Positions 50,632 through 58,814 of a stretch of 64,000 nucleotides of DNA are shown here, piece by piece. Positions within the stretch are counted from its first letter, which is position 1. Every line of letters starts with the position of its first letter. Under the pieces are notes generated by a model, which saw only the letters and a list, made by a program, of their open reading frames with translations, made no database searches and had not been told where the DNA came from. Made by a program: the position numbers and the translations under genes. The DNA is taken from the sequence record PQ227241.1; one strand, 5' to 3'.

Positions 50632-51165
50632 CTAGCAGCTCTCCAAATAATAGGTAAAAATTTGTGTTGACGCCACGGATTCACGTGGGCGGGTGTTCAA
50701 CATTTCATTTATCATACTATCAAAGAAAGTATGGTTAAGTTGAATTGAGACACGTCTAGGATCGCTACTTGCAATGTGCGCACTCTGCTGCACCGCAACC
50801 CACAGATTCTCATCTACAGGATATAGGTAATAATCGTACACTAAATTACGGTTACCTGCATCCCTAAGTTCATTAGTCGCTAGGCGGCTCTCTAAACGAT
50901 TGTGTAAATCCTTCATCTTAAATTGTTCAGGACCGTCTATTTCACCTAACTCAGCAACTTTGATTATCGGGCTTACTGCTAACTTAATATCTAGTTTTTC
51001 TGGTAATAGAAAGGGGAAAGCAGTTAAAGCCTGATGTATCTCCGCAAGATCATTTACGGAGGTTTCGGAAACTATATAGTTGGTGTCTAACAATTTGTTA
51101 AATTGTACACCTGCTGTTTTATATGATTCAAAAACAGCTTTTGGCATAACCAGAACTTGGGTCAT
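50632..51165 (-). CDS. gp119: Minor head protein
   Basis: 177 aa upstream of the capsid gene. Synteny with phiKZ. Confidence 0.7.
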   Translation of the reverse strand: MTQVLVMPKAVFESYKTAGVQFNKLLDTNYIVSETSVNDLAEIHQALTAFPFLLPEKLDIKLAVSPIIKVAELGEIDGPEQFKMKDLHNRLESRLATNELRDAGNRNLVYDYYLYPVDENLWVAVQQSAHIASSDPRRVSIQLNHTFFDSMINEMLNTRPRESVASTQIFTYYLESC

Positions 51166-51304
51166 TGTGAAAGTACCTATATTGTAACTTTAGGCTTTTG
51201 GGAACTGTCTACATAGCAATATAGCAAATACATTCACTAAAATTACTAGCTATCTAAATGATACACTGTACATCTCTTAATTTCACAATTGGAAATCTAT
51301 AAAA

Positions 51305-52852
51305 ATGTCAAGTCCAAAACAATTACTCGTTTCATGTATCACTCTATTATGTTTAGAAAATCGAGAAGATTCTCCAGTGGAACCATCCAATGAATTGGTT
51401 ACTGAGATTCTTGATACTCTAAATGATAAGGGTGGTACATTAGATGTAGATCATGGTCGACAAACATTTTTAGATCTTCGTAATCTACTAGTGGATCTAA
51501 ATAAGAAACAGAAAGCATATTTCCCAGCTACCCAACAGGTATTACAATCACTACAAGTATGTTGTCGTGAAGAAAGTTATCTATACGATGCTGTTAAAAA
51601 TGCAGTAGAAGAAGAATTTCCAAATGGCATGGCATTAGCCATGCGTGTAACTTCATATCGTCGTGATCTAAATAGCTACTTAGCTGATGAGAAGGTAAAA
51701 GCTATTGTAAAAGAATGTTCATCAAAAATTCTTTTCAATAGAGGCTCTGCTGATATTCCGGCAATCATTAATGAAATGGCAACCAGAGCTGACCCATATA
51801 TTCGCGCGCGTGCTGAAGAGAAACACCCAGCTGAAATGGGTGCACTTGATTTTGGTAATTTAGATTCTATTGAAGGCTTCTTTGAGGAAGCTAAAACTAT
51901 TCTTTCCCCAAATGGTGCTTTCCGTACTGGATGGAAAGGTTTTAACAGGATGCTTGGTGATCTGGGTGCATTAAAACGTGGTGAATTTATTATCGGTGGT
52001 GGCCTACAACATCAATATAAATCTGGCGTTTCTATGAGTCTATTTTGCCATGTGTGTCTATTTAATAAACCATACATGCGTGATATCAATAAGAAACCAT
52101 TAGTAATGTTTATTACTCTTGAGAATGAGATTCCGGATAACCTTATTTTCATTTATGAGTATATTTACGAAAATGAAACAGGTATCAAGGTAGATCGTAG
52201 TTCTATTAGTAAAGCTGAAGCAGCTGAATATGTATCAGCTCGTCTCCGTGAAAATGGTTTTGAACCAGTAATGTATCGTTTTGACCCAACTGAATTTACG
52301 ATTGCTGGTTTAGTTAACTACCTAGATACATATCAAGCACGTGGTTATGAACTACAATATCTCTGCGTAGATTATCTAAACATGTTGCCTAAAACTGGAT
52401 TAGTGACCAGTGTAGCAGGTGATGACGTTCGTCTCCTATTTAGGCGAATGCGTAACTATACTGCACCACGTGGTATCACATTCTTTAGTCCGCATCAGTT
52501 AAGTTCTCAGGCATTAGAACTAATCAGGGATAATATCCCACCAGAAGACTTTGTTAAACAAGTTGCTAACAAAGGTTACTATGACGGTTGTCGCCGACTT
52601 GGACAAGAACCTGATCTGGAATTCTTCTTCCACATTGTTAAAGTAAGTGGTAAGTATTATCTAACCGTACAACGTGGTAAACACCGTAACGTTGTAAGTG
52701 ATAGTAAGCATCACTATTTTGTTATGCCGTTTGATCCAGACCGTATTGGTGGTATTAGATGGGATATCGATAAAGAAGAAAACAATTACATGGACTTTGT
52801 ACCAAGTCTTAGCAATATGCAAGCCACTGGTGGAGATGACTGGGGATATTAA
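51305..52852 (+). CDS. dnaB: DnaB-like replicative helicase
   Basis: FRTGW.GFN.MLG..G.L.RGE, variant Walker A GGLQHQYKS, ITLEN, CVDYL, PHQLS, QRGKHR motifs. Matches phiKZ gp118. Confidence 0.9.
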   Translation: MSSPKQLLVSCITLLCLENREDSPVEPSNELVTEILDTLNDKGGTLDVDHGRQTFLDLRNLLVDLNKKQKAYFPATQQVLQSLQVCCREESYLYDAVKNAVEEEFPNGMALAMRVTSYRRDLNSYLADEKVKAIVKECSSKILFNRGSADIPAIINEMATRADPYIRARAEEKHPAEMGALDFGNLDSIEGFFEEAKTILSPNGAFRTGWKGFNRMLGDLGALKRGEFIIGGGLQHQYKSGVSMSLFCHVCLFNKPYMRDINKKPLVMFITLENEIPDNLIFIYEYIYENETGIKVDRSSISKAEAAEYVSARLRENGFEPVMYRFDPTEFTIAGLVNYLDTYQARGYELQYLCVDYLNMLPKTGLVTSVAGDDVRLLFRRMRNYTAPRGITFFSPHQLSSQALELIRDNIPPEDFVKQVANKGYYDGCRRLGQEPDLEFFFHIVKVSGKYYLTVQRGKHRNVVSDSKHHYFVMPFDPDRIGGIRWDIDKEENNYMDFVPSLSNMQATGGDDWGY

Positions 52853-52861
52853 CAACATAAA

Positions 52862-52881
52862 GCTCTCCCTTCGGGGAGAGC
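52862..52881. terminator. Intrinsic terminator with UUCG loop
   Basis: GCTCTCCC-TTCG-GGGAGAGC, preceded by AACAACATAAA. Confidence 0.8.
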
Positions 52882-52906
52882 ACTATAATTTTAATAGGTA
52901 ATCTAA

Positions 52907-53275
52907 ATGAGTGCAATTGATAATTTAGTAAATACTTTAAGAAAAAATATTAGTGAATGTAGAAAGTTTAATCGCCCTCTATTTGCACGTGTATATGCCG
53001 CATCACAAAATTACGATAAAATCCGTTATGCTGTAGCAGAAGAAGCCCATTATTTTAAATATGGGAAATATGCAGAGGGTAATAATTTAAACATTGATGA
53101 ACTCATCAGTGATCTTTATTTATATTACACTATTTACGTTGATATTATCCGTAAACCATTACCCGATCCTAATGGGGATTTTATCAGTATCGTAAACCAA
53201 GATCACTATACACACATCTACTGGGATTTAGATCGGTGTGAATCTATTCCAGATGATGTAAAGGAGTTAATGTAA
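52907..53275 (+). CDS. Hypothetical protein
   Basis: 122 aa with an AATAGGT leader. Confidence 0.65.
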   Translation: MSAIDNLVNTLRKNISECRKFNRPLFARVYAASQNYDKIRYAVAEEAHYFKYGKYAEGNNLNIDELISDLYLYYTIYVDIIRKPLPDPNGDFISIVNQDHYTHIYWDLDRCESIPDDVKELM

Positions 53276-53276
53276 T

Positions 53277-53513
53277 ATGTACTATGGTAATGTTTATATT
53301 ATCTTTATTGGTGGTTTATTAATATTTATCCTAGGATTGGTATTTGGAGGAATACTGGGAGAAGAGAACAATAACGTATATAAACTCAAATCCCAACAAT
53401 TTGAATACTGCGTTAAAAATAAACAATCAAAAAATAATGACAGTGAAAATATCCAAGTTATTAAAGTATGCGCAGAGTCTATTGTACTCCTATATCCGAC
53501 TAATGAAAAATAA
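53277..53513 (+). CDS. Small membrane-anchored protein
   Basis: N-terminal TM segment (YIIFIGGLLIFILGLVFGGIL) and an AAGGAG SD. Confidence 0.65.
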   Translation: MYYGNVYIIFIGGLLIFILGLVFGGILGEENNNVYKLKSQQFEYCVKNKQSKNNDSENIQVIKVCAESIVLLYPTNEK

Positions 53514-53520
53514 AGCATTT

Positions 53521-53540
53521 AAGCCCTCATAGGAGGGCTT
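53521..53540 (+). terminator. Intrinsic terminator
   Basis: AAGCCCTC-ATAG-GAGGGCTT-TTATGTCGT. Confidence 0.85.
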
Positions 53541-54128
53541 TTATGTCGTATGGCTAATATGCTAGTGAATAACGAATAAAATCGATTATAGAGCAAATTA
53601 GAAGGTATTAAAGGCATAAAGAAAGTCTATCTCTAGACTTATTATTTTTAATTAAAAAAAATATAATCTATACTGTGTCTCCTTTTAGGGAGACAGTATG
53701 TATTAGCTAACGCTATTAGAATAATGCTAATATTGTTTATTATTAGAATAAGGATATACCTTCGGTATAGTTTATTATGAAATAAAAGCCCCTACGGGGC
53801 GATCCGATTCCTCAGTTCCACATTAGGTAAGATTCATGAGTAATATTTGATTACCAGTATTACTCAATGATACTGGTAATAATATACTAGATTATTAACA
53901 ATATGTATTGATCATTCTGATTAAGTCAAATTAGTTAATAAACAAATCAATTATCAACGAGTGATAACGGGTATTGATTACTAGCTAAAGAGATTAATTA
54001 GGATATCTACATGAGGAGTCGCTACCCCATGTATTCTGGAGTTTCTCTTTAGCGGGAGACTTAACTCCACTTGGGAGCCGCTTTAGCGGGCGGCTCTCAC
54101 TTAAACAAAAAAAAGAATTCAGATAAGT
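53541..54128. other. ORF-free, AT-rich, hairpin-dense intergenic region (origin or structured ncRNA candidate)
   Basis: About 590 bp with no ORF of 60 aa or more and at least seven inverted repeats, at a convergence of transcription units. Confidence 0.55.
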
Positions 54129-54148
54129 CCCTCTCCTAAAGGAGAGGG
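54129..54148 (-). terminator. Intrinsic terminator
   Basis: CCCTCTCC/GGAGAGGG stem just downstream of the 101-aa gene, with a T-rich tail on the minus strand. Confidence 0.8.
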
Positions 54149-54156
54149 GTTGTTTA

Positions 54157-54462
54157 TCATAGGCTTCTCCTTTCGGTTACATAGAACTTCTTCTGATCCA
54201 TGTCAGTGTATGTTACTATGAAATTGTCGAAGGGGTTGATGGATACGGCTAAACCTGCGTTGTTGACGTATCCTATTGTAGGGCCAGCCCAATAACCAAT
54301 GAAGTTACCTCTACGATCTCGACATTGGATAACATTATCGGCTTGCGTTTTCGCAACCGACATGCTATGGGTTGATCCATCGGGTCTCTTGAAAAAGAAA
54401 CCTACTTCCTGCATTCTGTGCAGGTCAGGGCTAACATTGTTAGCGGTAACTGGAATTAACAT
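54157..54462 (-). CDS. Hypothetical protein
   Basis: 101 aa with a GAGGAA SD, bracketed by hairpins. Confidence 0.7.
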   Translation of the reverse strand: MLIPVTANNVSPDLHRMQEVGFFFKRPDGSTHSMSVAKTQADNVIQCRDRRGNFIGYWAGPTIGYVNNAGLAVSINPFDNFIVTYTDMDQKKFYVTERRSL

Positions 54463-54530
54463 GATTGTTCCTCTTGTTAATCCAAGCCCACTTGGGCGAA
54501 AATGTTGAGTATTTTTTACTCAACGGCATA

Positions 54531-54558
54531 TAGCCCTACTGCTGTAACAGTAGGGCTA
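54531..54558 (-). terminator. Stem-loop (terminator or RNA-stability element)
   Basis: TAGCCCTACTG/CAGTAGGGCTA perfect 11-bp stem. Confidence 0.6.
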
Positions 54559-54593
54559 ATTCTTTTATTCTTAAAAGTTTAACTGAATAAATG

Positions 54594-54613
54594 CCCTCTC
54601 CCGAAGGAGAGGG
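54594..54613 (-). terminator. Intrinsic terminator with UUCG loop
   Basis: CCCTCTCC-TTCG-GGAGAGGG-CATTTATT on the minus strand, with an ATTATGTCGTT flank on the plus strand. Confidence 0.85.
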
Positions 54614-54627
54614 ATTATGTCGTTAAT

Positions 54628-54903
54628 TTATTTAACCAGCGATGTTTCCCTAACACGAGAGATGCATAAATAATTACTGTAATCGCTGGGGTCGTACTCA
54701 TCATACCCTAGACAACTTGTATGAATATATTCAGTACTGATATTAATCATATCAAGAGTAATACCATCACCCCATTTCTTAGTTGCCATCTCGATAATAT
54801 CGGCGATAGTATTGGCTACATAACAATCACCCAAGATATAAAAGGTATCTTCGGTATCATCCGGACGAAAATGACGAATACCATTCTGTGTATATTCACC
54901 CAT
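54628..54903 (-). CDS. Hypothetical protein
   Basis: 91 aa with a GAGGA SD. Confidence 0.7.
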   Translation of the reverse strand: MGEYTQNGIRHFRPDDTEDTFYILGDCYVANTIADIIEMATKKWGDGITLDMINISTEYIHTSCLGYDEYDPSDYSNYLCISRVRETSLVK

Positions 54904-54904
54904 G

Positions 54905-55048
54905 TTAATTATCCTCTTTTCCTTCTTGAGTATGATGAGTGGGCTCTACCCAGTAAAAATCAATAAACAGATCAACTGGTTTACAGCCAACCATCTCGCT
55001 GTCATCGGCCCATTTACTTTCATCTACGATAATTTCTTCATTAGTCAT
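54905..55048 (-). CDS. Unannotated 47-aa acidic protein (MTNEEIIVDESKWADDSEMVGCKPVDLFIDFYWVEPTHHTQEGKEDN)
   Basis: AAGGAG SD. Fills the gap between co-oriented genes and stops 1 nt before the next ATG. Confidence 0.65.
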   Translation of the reverse strand: MTNEEIIVDESKWADDSEMVGCKPVDLFIDFYWVEPTHHTQEGKEDN

Positions 55049-55087
55049 TTGTATTTCTCCTTATTTACTATAGTAAATATTGTTTAG

Positions 55088-55300
55088 TTACATAGTCCAA
55101 TTAGTGGCTTCATCAACCATATCAGCTGCTTCTTTATCAGAAGCATTCCAGAGTTTATCAGCCCATTCTTTATCCATTTCATTTTGGATATTTTCAAGAC
55201 GCATGTAATTATGCCATGCCTGACCCAGTCGAAGATTCTTATTATTTTTGTAATAAATTCCAAACTCACCACGAACTGATGCAGGAATTGAAATAGTCAC
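55088..55300 (-). CDS. Hypothetical protein
   Basis: 70 aa, GTG start with an AAGGAG SD, and an LRLGQAW.N motif. Confidence 0.7.
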   Translation of the reverse strand: MTISIPASVRGEFGIYYKNNKNLRLGQAWHNYMRLENIQNEMDKEWADKLWNASDKEAADMVDEATNWTM

Positions 55301-55458
55301 TTTATAATCTCCTTAGTTACTATCTGACGTGCTTCTTTATAAGAAATATTCGGATTATCATTGATGTATTTAAGAACTTTCTGATGTATAATATTCTCTC
55401 GCTCAGTTAGTTCTTTTACTACTCTTTTAAAATAACCTGGTGATCGTTTCATAGTCAT
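55297..55458 (-). CDS. Unannotated 53-aa basic protein (MTMKRSPGYFKRVVKELTERENIIHQKVLKYINDNPNISYKEARQIVTKEIIK)
   Basis: 4-nt ATGA overlap with the upstream gene and GTGA overlap with the downstream gene, indicating translational coupling. Confidence 0.7.
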   Translation of the reverse strand: MTMKRSPGYFKRVVKELTERENIIHQKVLKYINDNPNISYKEARQIVTKEIIK

Positions 55459-55742
55459 GGTTCTTCGATTAACAAGTTATTTGCCTCGAAAAAGAATGGG
55501 GCTGACCAGCTATAATCTGGTTCATTTACCAGTTTTACACTGTTCTTGGTTTTGATAATCTTGCGATCATACCGCCAGTTTTGTGGTCCATGTTTAGGAA
55601 TAGTGTAGTATTCACCATCGGGTAGATTAGTGGCTTTTTCCCATCCGAGTTCTTTAATGCTAAACTTTTTATCAGTTGTCATTTTCTTTATTTCCTTGCT
55701 GTCATGAAACCACCCGGTGGCCGTATCAAGCTGCGTCCCCAT
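55455..55742 (-). CDS. Hypothetical protein, paralogue of 56038..56301
   Basis: NLPDGEYYTIPKHGP...YDRK motif. Confidence 0.65.
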   Translation of the reverse strand: MGTQLDTATGWFHDSKEIKKMTTDKKFSIKELGWEKATNLPDGEYYTIPKHGPQNWRYDRKIIKTKNSVKLVNEPDYSWSAPFFFEANNLLIEEP

Positions 55743-55745
55743 GGT

Positions 55746-56030
55746 TTATACTGCACGTGGGATCACTGATATCTCAAGAGTCAGATCAGCAGCGTCCAGT
55801 AGGTTTACCAGGGCGTCCAGAGAGAACTTGTCAATCTTGCCTTTGAGAAGATCATTCAATCTCGGTTGCGTAACATGTAGGCGAGCAGCAGCGTCTTTTT
55901 GCGGAAGATCCCAGCCCTTTATAGTACGGGTGAGAGCCCGCATGAGTTGGGAACGGATACGTAGGTTTTCAGTTTCTTTTGTCGAGTCAACTAGTGTATC
56001 CCAGACACCGGGAGTGCATTCGTTTGCCAT
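55746..56030 (-). CDS. XRE-family helix-turn-helix protein (HigA/HTH_37 antitoxin-like)
   Basis: R.QLM..L...I......Q..AA..L.VTQPRLNDLL.GK...FSLD.L..L is a typical XRE/HTH_37 signature. Visibly GC-richer than its neighbours. Confidence 0.85.
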   Translation of the reverse strand: MANECTPGVWDTLVDSTKETENLRIRSQLMRALTRTIKGWDLPQKDAAARLHVTQPRLNDLLKGKIDKFSLDALVNLLDAADLTLEISVIPRAV

Positions 56031-56037
56031 TTATTTA

Positions 56038-56301
56038 TTACCTCTTGAGGTAAATGCTCGGATAATAAACTACATTATATTTAAAGAAATCACTTACCTT
56101 GAATTTTATGTTCGGTGCAGTGATTAGATAACAATAATCACCATCAACCATAACGCGTCGATCATGGCTATATACCCTAGGACCATGTAACGGAGAAGTT
56201 ACATAAATCCCATTGGGAAGATTCCGTAAATCGTCTTTATTCAGAAACTTACCATTAGGATTTATAGTTAATGGATAACAACCAGGATTAAGTTTATGCA
56301 T
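56038..56301 (-). CDS. Hypothetical protein, paralogue of 55455..55742
   Basis: NLPNGIYVTSPLHGP...HDRR motif and a GAGGTG SD. Confidence 0.7.
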   Translation of the reverse strand: MHKLNPGCYPLTINPNGKFLNKDDLRNLPNGIYVTSPLHGPRVYSHDRRVMVDGDYCYLITAPNIKFKVSDFFKYNVVYYPSIYLKR

Positions 56302-56317
56302 ATTTCACCTCTTTTAT

Positions 56318-56341
56318 AAACCACCCTATATAGGGTGGTTT
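56318..56341 (-). terminator. Intrinsic terminator
   Basis: AAACCACCCTA/TAGGGTGGTTT perfect inverted repeat with A/T tracts on both sides. Confidence 0.8.
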
Positions 56342-56345
56342 TTTT

Positions 56346-56723
56346 CTATTGACCAATATACGTGCTGGTGTATAATTCAATGGTTGGTTTATGAATGGTC
56401 AGATTATATTTCTTAGCTAAATCATCAATATCCCTGGAACAATCAATGAATTTTCCAGTCTCTCGGTAGCGCATCACCCATGAACCCCGAAATGGTGCAT
56501 CATCTAATGGATTAATACCATATTCACGACATACCACAATTGCTTCATGTCGTGGAGTAGCACCAGTAGTGACAAAGTGATTTTCATAAACTGGGATCAT
56601 TGATACATCTTTATTGCTCATAATAACCTCTCTAAAATTACCTGAAGGGATATGCATGATATTTATTTTTGTTTTTGACTGATCATGGAGGCATTGGTGA
56701 AGTAATATAACGCATGTTTCCAA
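56346..56723 (-). CDS. Hypothetical protein, paralogue of 57615..57866 (true start probably internal, MSNKDV)
   Basis: REYGINP....PFRGSWV.R...TGKFID motif. Confidence 0.65.
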   Translation of the reverse strand: METCVILLHQCLHDQSKTKINIMHIPSGNFREVIMSNKDVSMIPVYENHFVTTGATPRHEAIVVCREYGINPLDDAPFRGSWVMRYRETGKFIDCSRDIDDLAKKYNLTIHKPTIELYTSTYIGQ

Positions 56724-57202
56724 TCTTGAGGGTCATATGTGCACTTATGAGCAACCACATAATCACCATCAATTTTTTTGAACAAGTTTACCATGATCAC
56801 CTCACCCATATCAGTCCCGTTATGCACAGTTTGATAATTCAGTCTCACCAACATGTCATCTACATTGGTTTTCAACTGGAGACCATCTTTGAAGAAATCA
56901 CGAACACCATCCATGATTTGTTCATTGCGAGACAGGATGTTTTCAGAGATCTGTTCGAACATACCCCTTGCACCGATCAAACGTAATTGATCGTAATTGG
57001 GTTCACCCATGCAGATGGCCTCATCATCACGATTACACATCTTCTCCAGCAGAACGATAGGGTTATAATCCCAAGCAACCCCACCAGTTACAACAGAGGT
57101 CAAATAGCCATAGAGACTGAGTTCACTGTCACGCTCATTTGCAGGAATCATGCGGTTCATAATTAACGATCCTCGTATTGGTGTTGCAGCATAGCTCAGC
57201 AA
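56663..57202 (-). CDS. Hypothetical protein
   Basis: 179-aa ORF (likely start MNRMIP) in the early gene block. Confidence 0.65.
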   Translation of the reverse strand: MLSYAATPIRGSLIMNRMIPANERDSELSLYGYLTSVVTGGVAWDYNPIVLLEKMCNRDDEAICMGEPNYDQLRLIGARGMFEQISENILSRNEQIMDGVRDFFKDGLQLKTNVDDMLVRLNYQTVHNGTDMGEVIMVNLFKKIDGDYVVAHKCTYDPQDWKHALYYFTNASMISQKQK

Positions 57203-57579
57203 GTCTCTTGAGCTTTCTCAAAACTAGCCATCGAGCGGGTGCGCGCACGCTGTAGAATAGACAAGCCGTATTTTTTGAACTTCTTCTTGTGGATGAAACC
57301 AAGGCGTTCGTAGATGAAGTCTTTACGGTCGGCGCGAGGTTTACCATCAGCTACGATACCACGGTCGAAAAGAGCCCAGAACAGAGCGCTTTCATCATGC
57401 AGGTAGTTGGCCATTTCCTGAGGCCACTGAACTGCGCATAGAGCAACGATTTGTTCAAGTAAACCACTATCTGAGATGGCATAGTACTCACGACCCTGAA
57501 CATAGTTCATTTTGTCGAAGTTGCACATAGCCAGTCTGCCAGTACCCTGGTTGATTTTCTTTTGAATGTGTTCGTTCAT
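57196..57579 (-). CDS. Hypothetical protein
   Basis: 127 aa with an AATAGGT leader. Confidence 0.7.
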   Translation of the reverse strand: MNEHIQKKINQGTGRLAMCNFDKMNYVQGREYYAISDSGLLEQIVALCAVQWPQEMANYLHDESALFWALFDRGIVADGKPRADRKDFIYERLGFIHKKKFKKYGLSILQRARTRSMASFEKAQETC

Positions 57580-57614
57580 GGTTTGACCTATTTTCAGATT
57601 TGGATTAATTATAG

Positions 57615-57866
57615 CTAGACGAAGGTATTGCGTTCGAATTGGATGGAATTACGTTCAACAATATCGTTGAGGTATTTATCATTGTCGATAAATTCCCCAG
57701 TGAGCATGTTACGCAGAACCCAGTTCCCCCGAAGTGGTATACCGCTGTTAGGGTTGATCCCGTATTCACGCATCAAAATCCGACGATTGTGGTCAACACC
57801 TGGCTCCATGTAAGATTCACTGATAAAACATTCCACCATGTTGATAACTTCTTTAGATTCGCTCAT
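57615..57866 (-). CDS. Hypothetical protein, paralogue of 56346..56723
   Basis: REYGINP....PLRGNWV.R...TGEFID motif and an AAGGA SD. Confidence 0.7.
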   Translation of the reverse strand: MSESKEVINMVECFISESYMEPGVDHNRRILMREYGINPNSGIPLRGNWVLRNMLTGEFIDNDKYLNDIVERNSIQFERNTFV

Positions 57867-57937
57867 TGACTTATTCCTTCTTTTGCAGGTATTATGTAAT
57901 ACGATAATGGATTATGGCTTTAACCATCAGATCCTTT

Positions 57938-58360
57938 TCACGCAGTTGGTTTGAATGGATTTGCACTACGACTACGTTTTTGATATGAAATTAGTGCACC
58001 CCATACATTATCGGCTGATACATATTCAGGCATAGCTTTTTCATCATTGTAACTGACACGGTATGCCTTAGCCACACCTGTGCTACCTACAATGTGAACT
58101 TTTTCAATGACAAATGCTTTTCCAGAAGGCCCAGGGATATGTAATCCTCTTTTAAAAAGTTCTTCAAGAATGCGTTCTAATGCAATTTTAGCATTAGGGT
58201 AATCATTATCAAGTGACTTAATACCACCTTTAATTTTATTATCTAGGTCACTGAGTGCCTTTTTAAAAACACTAACATCATGATCAAAACATTCGAGAGT
58301 GTGATCGAAGTTTTGCATGAGCGCTATTAGTAGACCATTAGGAAATACTACTTTTGACAT
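57938..58360 (-). CDS. Hypothetical protein
   Basis: 140 aa with an AATAGGTG leader. Confidence 0.7.
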   Translation of the reverse strand: MSKVVFPNGLLIALMQNFDHTLECFDHDVSVFKKALSDLDNKIKGGIKSLDNDYPNAKIALERILEELFKRGLHIPGPSGKAFVIEKVHIVGSTGVAKAYRVSYNDEKAMPEYVSADNVWGALISYQKRSRSANPFKPTA

Positions 58361-58370
58361 ATATCACCTA

Positions 58371-58727
58371 TTAGTAAACAGTTGGGAACGTTTGTAGGAA
58401 CCAATCATTAATACGTGTATTAACACTAGCCCCGTGTTCAGGCGCTACTTTAAAACCAGCGACGATGTCCTGTAACTCTTCAGTGAGTTTGTTGTGTACT
58501 TTACCTTCACAATCGGTAAAGTCTTCTGCGGTTGGCATAACCTCAGCGCGAATAACAGAGGCACGCTTAGAAAGCATTGTAAGAATTTCATTAGACACTG
58601 AAGCAGCATTACGCAACTTATTGATTTTTACATCAATAACAGTTTTATGATAGATTTTACCAACTGCACACATTGTAACTGAACCAACAAAAATACCAAG
58701 ACAGAGTGATACTTTATCAATATTCAT
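58371..58727 (-). CDS. N-terminally membrane-anchored protein
   Basis: VSLCLGIFVGSVTMCAVG hydrophobic segment followed by a basic helix. Confidence 0.7.
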   Translation of the reverse strand: MNIDKVSLCLGIFVGSVTMCAVGKIYHKTVIDVKINKLRNAASVSNEILTMLSKRASVIRAEVMPTAEDFTDCEGKVHNKLTEELQDIVAGFKVAPEHGASVNTRINDWFLQTFPTVY

Positions 58728-58788
58728 TTTGTATACCTATTTACGTTTATTGAAGTGATTAAAAAATAATACGATGTAGAAAATAAAA

Positions 58789-58806
58789 GGGAGTCCGAAG
58801 ACTCCC
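58789..58806 (-). terminator. Intrinsic terminator with UUCG loop
   Basis: GGGAGTC-TTCG-GACTCCC-TTTTATTTT on the minus strand. Confidence 0.88.
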
Positions 58807-58814
58807 ATTATCAG

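Noticed and set aside
53755-53769. Apparent UUCG tetraloop hairpin in the intergenic region
   Set aside because: The register does not give a C(UUCG)G stem; only a weak, mostly AT 5-6-bp stem forms.
55717-56127. 136-aa plus-strand ORF antisense to the HTH gene
   Set aside because: Ser/Arg-rich shadow of a GC-richer gene, against the orientation of the whole early block.
56702-56709. Additional TATATTAC match on the minus strand
   Set aside because: Lies within coding sequence (LYYF) and lacks the upstream TTTAA element seen in the three accepted promoters. It is possible but unsupported.
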